Assembly (NCBI GenBank): GCA_951406725.2
Contig: OX597815.1
Span: 19,530,001-19,594,000, forward strand
DNA from: Octopus vulgaris
Lineage: Eukaryota
Direction of reading: 5' to 3'
Length of the DNA stretch: 64,000 nucleotides
The number at the start of each line of letters is the position of its first letter. Position 1 is the first letter of the stretch. Shown piece by piece: positions 1 to 13,606 of the stretch. The position numbers and the translations under genes are program-made. The notes below the pieces were generated by a model. That model did not search any database. It saw only the letters and a list, made by a program, of their open reading frames with translations, and had not been told where the DNA came from.

Positions 1-2272
1 CGTTTCCTATTTGTATTTTAAGTCGTTTGATCTGAGTATCTGTGAAGTGAAAGCCTACTGATAGAACAGTCTCGGCACGAGATATTGTTTACAACTGTAA
101 GAAGGTCATTAGAGCAGCCAGATGAAATTTGATCTTATAAATTCACTAGTAAAGTAGCCAGAATATTCTGACTCTCAACTAGGTAACATAATGACCAGTA
201 TATGACAACTGCAAATATAATCCAAACGACAGGCCAGAGAACTTTTAGACAGAGCAAACACACCAGCCTTGTATCATTTTACTGTCTAAAATGTTTTAAG
301 ATGACATTGAATAGGGAAACCCAGTGTCTAGAAGCACTCTCCGAAAACAAATATGTAAAGATGGTGTGGGAAAGATTGGAACGTCTTTGATCATTAGTTA
401 ATGATAAACTGACCCCGGGAAAAAAATCACCACAAAAGCGAAGGAATCTCTAATGCAGCAAGGGGAATAGTAAACAAATTTGCTTTAAATCACACGCTAT
501 CTCTTCGAAGAAGGAAAGACATGTTAAGTAATATAGTTCTTGAGAGATTACATCAATGGAATCTTGCTGCTGGATTTAGGCTGAAATAGATGAAAACAAA
601 ACAACTGCCTGTATAAAATGTGTTAGAAACAGAGGATAAGCGAAATGTGAAATATATGTTTAATGCAAAAACCCTTTTAACATCATTCATTTTCATTTTC
701 AATATCTTTAGTTTTCAATACATCTATAGTTCAAGTAACGCATAGTTTTTGTTTGCTTTTTTTCTGCGCGTATGTGTGTGTCTAATAAACGTTTAAAATG
801 AATTTCTCTCTATAGATAATAAACCAGCAGATAAATCTGGTTTCGCCTGGGCTTAAATAAAGTATTAGAAAAAACTTCACATATTCAATGACCTTGAAAA
901 GATGCTTCCCTACGCGAAATTTAAGCTGTTTACAAGTACACAACTGCAGCTTAGAACTTGGAGCATAGACGTTTAGACACATATATTCATTATATTCTTT
1001 TCCTACTTTACGTTTTGGAAACTACGTGTATTTAATATATCTCATCTTTCTATTTATTTTAGTCGACTGACTGATACATTTTATATAGATTATTTTTATG
1101 TCCTTACAGACCTTTTCTTAACTTTGCTTTCTCGATGTCTCCATTATCGTACTTTTATTATCAATGCCATCTATGAGGTTCTTTTAAAGGTTACGCAAAA
1201 GTTCTGCAAAACAATCTAAATGCAGTGCATTCGGTTTGTCTTACATTTGCGAAAGTCACGAACTACGCATCCTCTTTATGATCCTTTTTGTAGCCATAAA
1301 TGTTCCTATATTCTTGATTTTTCATAATTATTATTATAGCCCATCATTTTCTTAATTATTACCAGTCTATCATTTTTATAATTATCATTGTTATAATGAA
1401 ACTAAATGAAACATTGCCAGTCTAGGCGTGTTTGTACTAAATATGTTATTGCGATGTTATTGTGCTAAATTTGCCTTTTATATTGATGGTTTTTGTAAAT
1501 GTTATTTGTTTTATTTATTTAATTTTTTTCGTTTTATTTTCTTTCTTACTTTTTTTCTTCTACATTCTCATAAACAACGGAAGCATATTTCGACTGGCGA
1601 ACAAGAGATTTCCGATCCGATATCTGAAAATTTAATTTAGAGGACACATAAAAATGTGTTGTCTACTTCAAAGTAATGTCTTCTTTGATAACACGACACT
1701 ACTTTACTAGTTAATATCTAAATGTTTTAAAATATAGTGAGTGTTTAAACATTTGAGTGAATGTCTTCTGTGTTAGCACTCAGTTCACATAATTAGTTTA
1801 CAATAGCAATGAAAATTGACTACACGGAACTCTTTATAGGTGAAGTCATTTTTATGTGGAAAGGAAGCATTAAATTCGGACATAAAGAACAAATTAAAGC
1901 TACTTTCTTCTGTGATACATTGTTGTACTAATGACCACTGATAAATCAATGACACGTGTCTTAGTCAGAAATCATTCGAGAACGGACTTTGCATTTCAAT
2001 TTATCTATATTAGTGACATAAATTGCAGACAATGCTGGAGATATTATTGAATTACAGTACGCTCTTACCTACGGCGAATCTTCTAAACATTTTTTATAAA
2101 TTGAGGAATTTATGCTCACTGATCAAAAAATCCCGAACAACCCTTTCATCTGTCTATCATTACATTCGTATATCCATTCTCTTCGTTAGAATGTCTAATG
2201 CTGGAATCCCGATGCGATAGTTGCAATAAGGACAGTCAAGAAATCACTGGTTTGGTTCGATGAATGCATATG

Positions 2273-2321
<49 letters not shown>

Positions 2322-2350
2322 ATATATATAAATATATATATATATATATA

Positions 2351-2545
2351 GGGAGTGTTTACGAAAAAAAATAAAAGGCGAAGACAGGTGGTGTACAAAA
2401 CAAACAGATGTATTAGTATAACGCTCAGGAATAGAAAAAGTATTTTACGTTTCGAGCCTACGCTCTCCTACAGAAAGGGACACAGAAAAAACAAGGAGAG
2501 AAACGAGGAGAGAAAAAATGTGTGTAGTGGCTAAGGATCTATCAA
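2351..2545 (-). mobile_element. Short (TA)n-flanked element with degenerate minimal hammerhead motif (Penelope-like non-autonomous)
   Basis: Minus strand of 2443-2476 reads TTT-CTGTAGG-A-GAGC-gtag-GCTC-GAAAC-GTA-AAA; body similar to 51717-51950. Confidence 0.55.
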
Positions 2546-3227
2546 GTAGTCAAAAATACATATCAATCGATTTTACTCGGTAACCCTTGCACGTGTGATT
2601 AACAGCAGGCAATACTAATTAGGCATGACTTATAAGACAGTTGTTGAGCTCTATTAGCTTATTGTAATGACTTTCTTTTTCATGAAGGTTTATGTCATAT
2701 CTCGCAAGTGCCACACGTGTTGAAAAGATAATCCATTTTTCCAAACCATTGTTCTGCATCCGCATCCTAATGTTTGTCTCAAGTTATGTGATTATGAAAA
2801 TATTTTTTCTTAGCTTTATATTTAATTTTTACAATTGTTGACAATAATTTCACTTGATGTTGGTTTGAATGTGTAATTTCTATAATGAATCATACATCTA
2901 TATTTCTGTAATGTATCATAATGTATTATAGCATTGCAATGAATACTGAAAGAAATGCTAGAAGTTAATAATATATGAAGAGGAAGAATAACTGTCTCTT
3001 ATCATTATGAATCAGAATTATATTATGAAAATTTAATAATTCACAGATCGGTCTTACTTCTCTTATTGTCTTGCTTATATATTATGTGTAAACATATACA
3101 CTGTTAACAATATTGTAGCGCAGAAAAGCCATCACTATCCTTCAGTCTATAATTATGAATATATTTGATAGTGTTACATGATTAAAAATGAAACTATAAA
3201 TAGTCTTCTTTTGTTGTTGTTATTGTC

Positions 3228-3670
3228 GTGGTTGTTTAGCTTGTTATCTGATCTGATCAAGTAGATATATGCTCGAATCTATTCCATCTATCTTTTAAAG
3301 GAAATTAAGGACAACAGTATTTCATGTTCATCTTCTCATAGCAAGACAGTGGCGTGTTGTTTGACAGAGATTTGGTTGTTGTTTCAAATTGGTCGAGTGA
3401 ACAATTACAGTGTCTTTCACTATTTCATAGAAGAATCCCTGCATGTGCTGTCTGGTTGTGAGAAACGCGTGTTTCATATTGTTGTAGTTATGGTTATTGT
3501 TTATTTTCAGGTCAAACTTGATTTGGACAAACCTATCACTTAATGTATTCGAACAACAGCATTCTAGTCTTTGTTGGGTTATGGCTATTTCTAGGCCAAC
3601 ATCATTTAATATATTTTACCTTGTCCGAGACAGCGGAATTTGATCAGCGGTGTTTGATCTGTTTTAATAC
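3228..3670 (+). repeat. Two degenerate copies of old dispersed repeat family D
   Basis: Shared blocks GTTGTTTAG..GATCAAG/CAGA..ATTCCA..GATTTGG(C/T)TG; similar copies near 470-605(-), 11040-11170(-), 15010-15195, 31650-31800(-), 33113-33300, 54695-54850(-), 61570-61755(-). Confidence 0.5.
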
Positions 3671-3850
3671 ATGCTTTTTCCTTACTTATTTTCATAAGTG
3701 ATAGATACTATGTCGGTATATTTACTGAAAATTGTCTCCAGAAACCAGTCTAGCAGCATTGCTGTATATTATATCATATTGTTAGGTACTTTGCCAATAT
3801 TTCAGAAACAAAATGTATATTAGCATAATTATACAATGTCATTTATCTGG

Positions 3851-3906
3851 ATCAATCAAATCTTTGCAGATTCAGATAAATTGCTCACTTATAAGTGATT
3901 AACATA
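3851..3906. promoter_or_regulatory. Conserved core of a local direct duplication (partner 6756-6811); putative cis-regulatory element
   Basis: 52/56 identity to 6756-6811 with much more diverged flanks; retains ATCAATCA, AGATAA and GATTAA motifs. Confidence 0.35.
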
Positions 3907-4768
3907 ACTAATGAAACCATCTCAGACACGTCACTGGCGTGATAAAGTTGAATAGGTCGCCGTGTATTATGCTAATATTAGCAAAAGTTCTACACTGAAA
4001 GATGCCTTCATTGCTAAGTCGCTTCGACAAGTGCAGAACACAAACAAATAGAGATAAACACAGTACATTCTATATTTAATAGGATAACAAATATCTAAAC
4101 AATATCTATTTTAATAGAGAGCCAAGTTTAATTGCTTTCGCTGGAAAAGACACTCCGCAATTTTGTTTCCTAATGTGTTGTCAGAGGTCAATCTGTCAAC
4201 CTGTGCTCTAATCTCGAGCCTAGATGTAATATAACTTGTCATAATTATGTTTACTTTCTTGTCATTTACTGATAGTAATAAAAACATTAGAGTTTCTTTT
4301 AGACATTTTCGCATATCTCTTTTTATAACACTATACTGTGTTCCACCATTTGACAGCTATTTACCTACTCTGTATTATGGCATGTAAGTGCAGTGTGCAT
4401 GTAGTGACATGATCGAGCACCTAAACTAACTCATATACGTACGCCTACTTCCACACATTATATCACGTGTAAGTAATATAGCAATCAGAAAGTATTATCA
4501 TTCTTTATTTAACTCAAATAAATTACTTTAAAATTTTTATTTACTAATTTAAACATTATATTCATCATATTAGTGTCCGATGAGATTATGAAAATTTCAA
4601 ATTTTCAAGGCGATACACAGATAAAATACAAAACATAACCTTAGAAAATATGAAAACAAAAATATGTCACTATTTTTTCTATTCATTATATGGCGCAATT
4701 AAAGAAAACAGTTGTCTCATGCAAACTCAAAGCTCTGCTTTATTGTTTTACCAATACAAATGCAATAC

Positions 4769-4843
<75 letters not shown>

Positions 4844-6755
4844 CATTAATGTCATGCCCCCCAATAATTCACATGTTAATTATAGATTGTTCTATATGAA
4901 TACTTTATAATTTAATCTCGAGCAGGTTTAAAACAAATTTGTACAAAAATATTAAAGTTAATTGCCTAACCATGTGCTGGTGAAAGTAATTATCGATCAC
5001 AGGTCACCTATCTATCTAGGCGGGCAAAAGAAAACAAAGCAGTAAAACGATTTAAGCTTAATTAAATGCTACTGGCCTTCTGACTGAATGTAGTTTGAAA
5101 GACAGTGAGAAAATACACATAAGCGTTCCAAGTCGTGTATAACTTTGGTTCATTGCTTCTATTTGTTGATAACCATATCTCTAAACTGTACAAGTACGAT
5201 CACTTATTTATGCTATGACTGACCTGGTAATCTACAGAAAACCAAGAAATTCAATTTCTGTGGAGGATAAAATGTGAAGAAAGAAAAGCGGAAGATCTAA
5301 AGAGAAATAGGAATTTTTGAAAATTAGAAAGAAAATAAGCCCTACACGTACAGAAATAGAGATCAGATAAAAGGGAAAGGATAAAAGGATATCTTAAAAA
5401 TGAACATGTGGATATTTAAACAATTATGCGAAATTATTTGAAGCTCAAGCAAGCTAAGTTGGAAAAATCAATAACATAAATATTTACCTAAAGGAAACGT
5501 CTTATAATAGAAGGAAAAAGTAAGAAAGACAGAGTCACGAAGAGAGAGTGCGAAAGAGAGAAAGTGGCAGATAGTAGGAATATACAAAGACGCTACTATT
5601 TTCTGATAAACTCGTGACACACTAAGTGGTTTGAGGTTTAGATGAAAATGTAACTGATGAATGATTGATCTCGATCCTTCCTCTTTGTGTCTCTCTCTTT
5701 CTTTCTCTTATCTTCTCACACTCATTCTTCCTCATTCTCTCATTCTGCAATTTTATACATCGTTGTATTAGTTATATATTTATCAACCTACCTCTCCCAC
5801 TTGTCGTAAAGCTGTCTGACTTTTCAACTAATACCGTCACAAATACATATGAACATAAATACATGTATACGCACCCACACGCACACACGAACACAAGTGT
5901 AGGCACCGCCACGCTCGCACGCGTGCAGGTTATTTTATTTCTCCTTCATTTCCCAATTTTATCTTTTGTATACATTCTACAATTCAACACCATTGCTTTC
6001 TCCCGAATCTCTTTCATTCAACTACCAAACTCATTCACCTTTTTCACTTTTACTTTCCGTCTTCTCTTTCTCTTTCAATATACCCACCAATATCTTAAGT
6101 AATTTCTTTCTTTATCTCTTATTCCCGCTGTATCTCTCTTTCTCTCTTATTCCCTCTGTATCTCTCTTTCTCTCTTTCTCTCATTCTCTCTCATTCAACC
6201 AAACTTCGTTCTCTGTCAATTTCTCCTTCCTGGTTTTATTTTAAATGATAATAAAAACTTGAAGAGAAGTGATCAGTTAGTAATCTGAACAACAAAAATA
6301 CAACAATCCAGGGATCCATTTTAATTCGTTTACGTTCTGGCATAAATTACTTGGTTAACGGTTGTACTTGATATATACATACATATATATATAAATAAAA
6401 CTTACTTGGAGGAAGACGCGTGCGTTCAATCATATAATAACAATTTAATATATATATTTATATTTATATTTATATTTATATATATACTATCAAAAAGGTT
6501 ATGATACAGCAAAACAACCACAATTTAGTCAATAATTATCGGTGTCCATAATTTCATTCACTTTTATACTTGTATATTTGACAGCCTTACACTTTAAAAC
6601 CGAAATAAGAAACAGTTCCTTTGGTCTCTGTAAATCTACTACGAACATTTCAAAGCGATTTTATTATATCGCTTTTGGCAGATATTTTGCCAAGAATTCA
6701 GACTCAAAGGGATATATTTGTTGTTAAAAGTAAAATAATCTGTCATTACACCTGA

Positions 6756-6811
6756 ATCAATCAAATCTTTGCTGATTCAGATAAATTGTTCACTTATTAG
6801 CGATTAACATA
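6756..6811. promoter_or_regulatory. Second copy of the conserved core (partner 3851-3906)
   Basis: ATCAATCAAATCTTTGCTGATTCAGATAAATTGTTCACTTATTAGCGATTAACATA, 4 mismatches to the first copy. Confidence 0.35.
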
Positions 6812-8335
6812 CTTGTCTCAAACGTTTCATTACTGACAGGTTGTATTGCCTTATATTATGTTAATTGAATTTCTGCCACTCTTCCTAGCAGTGAGAAGCT
6901 TCAGAAAGTATACAGTGAAGTAAATAAACTGAAGATAAATACAGCACATAAAAGCAATATATAAGCAAATGACAATAAGTAACCAATTAAAATTTATTTT
7001 GATAAAGACACGAACATATTACTTGACTTCAGTATACACATCAGTTATCTTATTAAAAACTTTAAATAAAAAATCCTCTATCTTCCTTGGGATTATTACG
7101 AAAATTGTGAACGGAGATTAATGCCGAAAAACGCATGTTTCTTCTGCGCTCAAAAGAAAATTCGAAAAACCAAAACAGAATTCAATAAAATTGAAGCAAC
7201 AAAGAATCTACGCTCTTTCTCTTGATAGACCATAACTTTATTTGATCGACGTTACATTCCATGTGAAAACGGACGGATTCTTCAATATAGACAGGTAGGG
7301 AAAAAGTCAATTATAATAACGGAAGAATTCCGTCTGTACGTGTATGTATTTCATGGGTAAAATACTGAGATGATAGATGAATGAAATGATCTAACCTGAT
7401 GTTTGCTTACGTCGATTAAAATCATTGGCTAATCGTATAGTTCCTTCTTTCATTACCTTCACCAAACTCTGGTGAATTCTTTGCTACATATACAAATATC
7501 TGGGAGAGAATTAGTCTCGAAATTAGATCGTCTATGAAGCTTTCCATTTTAACAGATATATATAAAAATTGTTAAAACTATTGCATTCCTACTGCATTAC
7601 ATTGAACATGTCTTTGAATACATTGTTTAATGATCTGTATATTTCTTCACAATTTTTGTCACTGAGTGATGATTTGATTAACAGAATCAATAGAGCGCCA
7701 GATAAACTGTCTTTGCCGCATTTTGACAATACGCATTGAGTTCAACTCTTAAAGAAGTCAACTGTAATTTTTATCTTTGAAGGTAGATAAAATAAGTACC
7801 AGAAATATACTCTAATCTGTTGATGCCGACCACAACTATCCTTTTATTCTATGGCTTTCTTCCAAAGTTAGAAATCAATACTTACGTATTTTTGTCATAT
7901 TTAATAGAACAGTAAAGATTAATCAGATATACCGTAGAGCAATCAATCTTAACTGCGCTAATAATGTTTCTTAATTATCTAGGTTAATCTTAATTATCTA
8001 AATTGTATTATTTCGTCTCGTCTTTCTGTTATTATATTAATATTTCTCTTCATTTTTGTATTTATTTGGAAGACATGAAACAATGCTCCTCATATTTGCA
8101 AGCCTTACAAAGCCAAACACTTTCCACCTACATACTTTCACCCACATACACACACACACACTTACACTCAGATGCTCCCCAAGTCTATTCCCGGATGATT
8201 CATACCGTGTATTTCTGCATTAATATAACTACCTATATAAGCTAAATATATATATATAATTTCACACAGCCGTATACACTGTTTTATATACGTGTGTATG
8301 TTAGTGTGTCTATGTGCGTGTGCGTGTGTGTGGTG

Positions 8336-8433
<98 letters not shown>

Positions 8434-9341
8434 AGACTAGTGTGCAGAATAGGAGCCAACAATATTTGTAATATTCAAAGCCTTATTGGACTTTAACGCA
8501 TTTAAGTAAAATGCTGAAACTTAGACACTCTATCTCACTAGGTGAGTATGTCCACGAGTTAAAGGGTAATAGGGTTAGTTTTGATTTGTATTGTTCAGGA
8601 CTGGGGCACGCACTACATTACTGTGGATGTGTAGGTTAGAAATTATTTTGGCCAACAGTAAACACATTTTTTAAAATAAAAGCAGCGAAACAGTAATTTG
8701 CTGCACCCACCGAAAGAGTAAGACGTTCTGACGTTACCGGTCGAGAAAGTATTTAACCCACAGTGAAGTGCGATAATAGACAAATGATCCCCCTCCTCTA
8801 ACAGGGGGTTCGGTCACGTGTATCTCACGGTTATCGGGTTATTGCTACGATCTCCTGATACTTTCTACCAGTATACTCCTGTATATATACCTAACAGGAA
8901 CCCCTCTATTCTCCCTTCCTGAGTGTCCCTTTCCCTCTGCATGTGCTTACGTCGATAGTAGCTTCATGGTTTAACGAACAGGACATTAGGTATACTGCAT
9001 CTACAAGTAATATAATATGGGTTCCGGTTGGCGTTAAGCAGCTTCTACTACTTTTGAATAATTGAATAATTTACTTAGTTTTCTCGGATTGTGCCTTCCA
9101 CCACGGAAATTTTGCGCATGCCCTACGACTGTGGACTTCTGCACCTGTTGATCTACAGGAATTACGGGACATCATAATATACCCGATTTGTGCAAAATTT
9201 AGATTCAAATGAATATGGTACTTAATGTCTGATGATTGCTCTACATTCTAAAACTGTTGTAATACTTACAACATTTAATAAAATGATGTAGCGTGAACCG
9301 ATCGTACCAAATTGCCGAAGTTATTCTTGTTGCTTATTTTG

Positions 9342-9385
<44 letters not shown>

Positions 9386-9388
<3 letters not shown>

Positions 9389-9590
9389 CAAAATGTAACC
9401 AAAATCGTTGGCGATGTTTTTCCCTCCGTCTTTTCTGTTGGACTTTCTTCTGTTTCTGAAGAAAAGCTTTGCTCGAAACGTAAAACCACCTTTCTTTTCA
9501 TCCCTCAGCGTCTGCTAATTCTTTACATGTACCAAATCCTCGCGTTGTTTTTTTTTTTTGTGCTTGTTGTTCAAATTTTGGATTTACTAT
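9386..9590 (+). mobile_element. Short (TA)n-embedded element with minimal type I hammerhead motif
   Basis: 9452-9486 GTTT-CTGAAGA-A-AAGC-ttt-GCTC-GAAA-CG-TA-AAAC (stem I GTTT/AAAC); (TA)n on both sides; body related to 22424-22630, 51363-51525 and 52008-52230. Confidence 0.7.
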
Positions 9591-9599
9591 TATATATAT

Positions 9600-9636
<37 letters not shown>

Positions 9637-9695
9637 GGGTGTGGGAGTGTTTGTGCTTCTGTAACTGTGTCCTGCACAACTACTCGACAAAGAAT

Positions 9696-9723
9696 TATTG
9701 TTGTTGTTGTTGTTGTTTTTTTA

Positions 9724-9800
<77 letters not shown>

Positions 9801-9896
9801 ACTGTTTTGTATATATCCTAATACTATTTTACACATACACGCCCACATTCATCCATCCATCCATACATACCTACATACACAGACAGACAGACTGAC

Positions 9897-9955
<59 letters not shown>

Positions 9956-9990
9956 CAGACAGAAAGACAGACAGACAGACAGACAGACAA
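9696..9990. repeat. Compound microsatellite (TTG)n/(TTA)n/(GATA)n/(GACA)n
   Basis: Directly visible. Confidence 0.95.
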
Positions 9991-10299
9991 ATTTTGATAA
10001 GCTTACAACAAAGACCAGATAATTGCAACACATACTCAATGACTTCACTTACAGTAAAAGTACAAAACAAAAGTCTTGTATGTTGACCGATGAAGAAGAG
10101 AGTCATTAAATGAAACAGTTCAACATTTGTTCAGCCTTGCTTGTTAATGACCAAGAACTAAATCGCTGTACAGACCATAGAAAACAATATTAATAGTAGT
10201 AGTCATAATATCAATAACAAAGGCAGGAATTGAAAATGGTAAACAGGTAGTTTAACGCGTTAGAGAGTAGCTTGGATAATATTATGGACATTGTCACTA

Positions 10300-10697
10300 T
10301 CTTTATATATAAAAGTGAAGTTGTGTGTCTGTCTCCTACGATTTAGATTCCTAACTACTCCCACATTTTGCGGTGCAGTATAACCAAAAGCGGGTATCTT
10401 ATAGGCGTGATTCATATCGAGCCCTTCGGGGTATTAGCGCGCGTCTACGATGAGTCTACGATTTAAAAAATAATTTACCATCATTTTTTCCCATTTTTAA
10501 TGCATTTTTTGCTATTATATAAGGGAAGTAACTCTCTAAAAATGTATTATTAAATCTCAGAACGTAAAAAGCTACAGTAACATCCCCCCCCCTTTGTGGT
10601 TTGCCATATTTAGATGGCTATTATACTTTACATCTCTAAAAATGCTTCTATAGTTATTTCCCTTACAAACCCGAGCAACGCCGGGCGATACTGCTAG
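10300..10697 (+). mobile_element. Non-autonomous Helitron, 398 bp
   Basis: Inserted between A(10299) and T(10698) with no TSD; 5' TCTTTATATATAAAA; 3' hairpin CCCGAGCAACGCCGGG (10670-10685) followed by terminal CTAG (10694-10697). Confidence 0.85.
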
Positions 10698-11653
10698 TAA
10701 TATAATAATTCCTTAGTAGCTAGATAGAAGATCCGTCCTTCATTTGATACTTTAATGATAAATGATACATGATAGTCCTGGAGGATTTCTATACTCTTAT
10801 TTGTACGTACAAAGTGTTAACTGGAAATAATAACATATTCAGTCTGGTGTTGTATTATCTGCGCCAGAAATATTAACAGTGCACAAGAATTGGAATAAAT
10901 TTCGTGAAACTGAATATTAAATTGTATTTATAGCAAATATATGCGCATAGAGTGCTACGAAATTATGATGAAAATGTAAGTCACTAGTGTATGTAATCTG
11001 GAAACACCAGGCTGAATGTACAATGGAAAGAGGCCTAAATGTTCTTCGACTGACTAGAAATGACAGAGAAATCTCCCTCAAATAAAGCTCACTACTTAAT
11101 ATAGTAGTCGGTACTACTTGATCAAAGATTTTTTCACCTGATGTTGTCGTGTGAGCTAATCAGCAACAACTGTATGTGTAAAACTGCAAAGTTTATTTCG
11201 CTAATGTCTTTTAAGTCTTTCGTGGATAATTATTACTACATTATAATTGAGAAGATCGTAATATGTTTTTCCTTTATAGTATAATTCGCAGCACCGTGCT
11301 CAGATCTATCATACTTATTTTGTTGCAATGATTATATTCGCTTGCTAGTAATATATACTAGCTTGCTAGTAATGTATACATCTATGATTAAAATGAGGAT
11401 TTAGGAAGAATTTGTGTGGTAAAGTGGCGTATGTGTATGTGTATATATGTGCAGGGGTTGGGGGCATTTATCCACATGATCCTACGTCTGAATATCGAAT
11501 ATTATTATACTGAAATTCGAACAGTAAATTATGCTGGGAAATATTTCTATAAAAAATTATTTCAAACTAATTTGATTGACTTGCTCATATAATTTTCTTT
11601 AACTCTCAGACATTGCCGTTTTCGACTTTTTTTAATACAAAAGTTGTCTTACG

Positions 11654-11696
<43 letters not shown>

Positions 11697-12054
11697 CGCA
11701 TATGTAATATACATACATATATATGCGCGTGTGTGTGTGTGTATACTGTGTATGTCTGTCTGTATATATATATATATATATATATATACAAATAGACACA
11801 CATATGTACATATGTCTATATGTACATTATAAATAGCTCTCTAACAATGAATATTTTTTCGCTCAATACCGTTTTTAGAATTCCAACATAAAATATTCAA
11901 TTAAAAAGAAATTCAACTAATCTTTTAATGCAGCTCTGGACTTTAAGAACCATTTTGTTTTCCACTTACTTCTGTTTTCAAATTAGTTTTATTTTCAAAA
12001 AGTCTGTTTCTTTTAAAGGGAATACAATTGATTTAATTATTCATTCCTTGTTAC

Positions 12055-12262
12055 GTGTGTGTGTGTGTGTGTGTGTGTGTGAGTGTGTGTGTGCGTTTGT
12101 GTGTACGGATATGTATGTATGTATATATGTATGTATGTATGTATATATATATATAATATATATATATATATATTTGTCTCTGTCTCAATTTCACTTGAGC
12201 AATTTTTTTTGCAGTCCTATATACCTTTTTGCTTCCATAGAAAGAAACGAAATTAATTCTTG

Positions 12263-12322
<60 letters not shown>

Positions 12323-12334
12323 GTATATGTATAT

Positions 12335-12374
<40 letters not shown>

Positions 12375-12390
12375 ATATGTATATGTATAT

Positions 12391-12439
<49 letters not shown>

Positions 12440-12540
12440 CGTATATATATATGCATATATATATACATATATACATATGTACCTATGTATGTATATACAC
12501 ACATACATAAGCATATATGTATACATATATGTGTGTATAA
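12055..12540. repeat. (TG)n/(TA)n/(TATG)n microsatellite field
   Basis: Directly visible; source of the overlapping YI-rich ORFs. Confidence 0.95.
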
Positions 12541-13380
12541 GTGGGTGCGGGTATAAACATAGATATACAAGGAGTGGGACGTTGTTGTCTAGAGTTGGAG
12601 TCACGATTATTCCTTTATAATGACATTTCTTATATAGTTAAAGAGACTTAAAGAGACATATGTTTCCCGAGAAATGTCTAGAGAAATATGTAATGTCCAT
12701 TTATTGAAATATGAATTAGTAAAGAATGGATTGCTAGTTATTTAGATATTTGTATATGTCAGTATTTGTGTTCTGGGTTCACTTTCAGCACAGTGATTAG
12801 TGAATGAGATTAGCTGACCCGTACATCGCAAAGTAATGCTAATGTTTTCTTTTAATATGTCCTTCTATGGAAATGTGATAACCTGACAATTAATTACAGT
12901 TAACACTCGTTTTATCCATGAATATTAAAACATATGGGCGTAGGCCTGCTTGTTACTTTGTTCAAAAGTTACCTTTTGCTACAGTCTGTGTAATTATGCC
13001 GACAGGCACGAGTGAATATGAATGAGTGCGCATGTATGTGTGCACATGTATGTGTGTATAGAGGAATAAGTGCGAATCGCTGTACGTTGGGATATTGTTA
13101 CGTGTCATCGGATCTAAAGACATGGACCACTCCTCCAGCAAATTCTTGACTACATCGTCACGCTTCACAGGCATGACCAACTATCAAAAGACTTCGCACA
13201 CTTTACAGTGACTTTCATTCCAATGCTATTAAAACCTACTTCTTTATTCTTTGCATTCTATTTTGTATTTTTTTACCAACCATTTCCTGCCTGTCGAGCT
13301 CTGAATACACACCAGCCATTCTGCCTATCCTTGATAGAGTGAAGGGAAGTTGTTTATGGATCACTCTCAGACGGTATATT

Positions 13381-13606
13381 GAGGTGGCAGAAACGTTAGC
13401 GCGCCGTTCGAAATGCTTAGCGGTATTTCGTCTGCCGCAACGTTGTGAGTTCAAATTCCGCCAAGGTAGACTTTGCCTTTCATCCTTTCGGGTTCGATTA
13501 AATAAGTACCAGTTACGCACTGAGGTCGATGTAGTCGACTTAATACCTATGTCTGTCCTTGTTTGTCCCCTCTATGTTTAGCCCGTTGTGGGTAATAAAG
13601 AAATAT
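13381..13606 (+). mobile_element. SINE family B (tRNA-like head, Meta/MESC-like central domain)
   Basis: TGGCAGAAACGTTAGC..GAGTTCAAATTCCG..GCCTTTCATCCTTTCGG..AAGTACC; 7-bp TSD GTATATT at 13374-13380 and 13607-13613. Confidence 0.9.

Noticed and set aside
8435-9200. Possible TIR element (GTGCAGAA..TTCTGCAC, TAGGGTTAG)
   Set aside because: Inverted match only about 8 bp and no TSD found.
11928-12620. 230-aa ORF and other YI-, CV- and HT-rich ORFs
   Set aside because: Translations of stop-free dinucleotide and tetranucleotide microsatellites, open in several frames on both strands.
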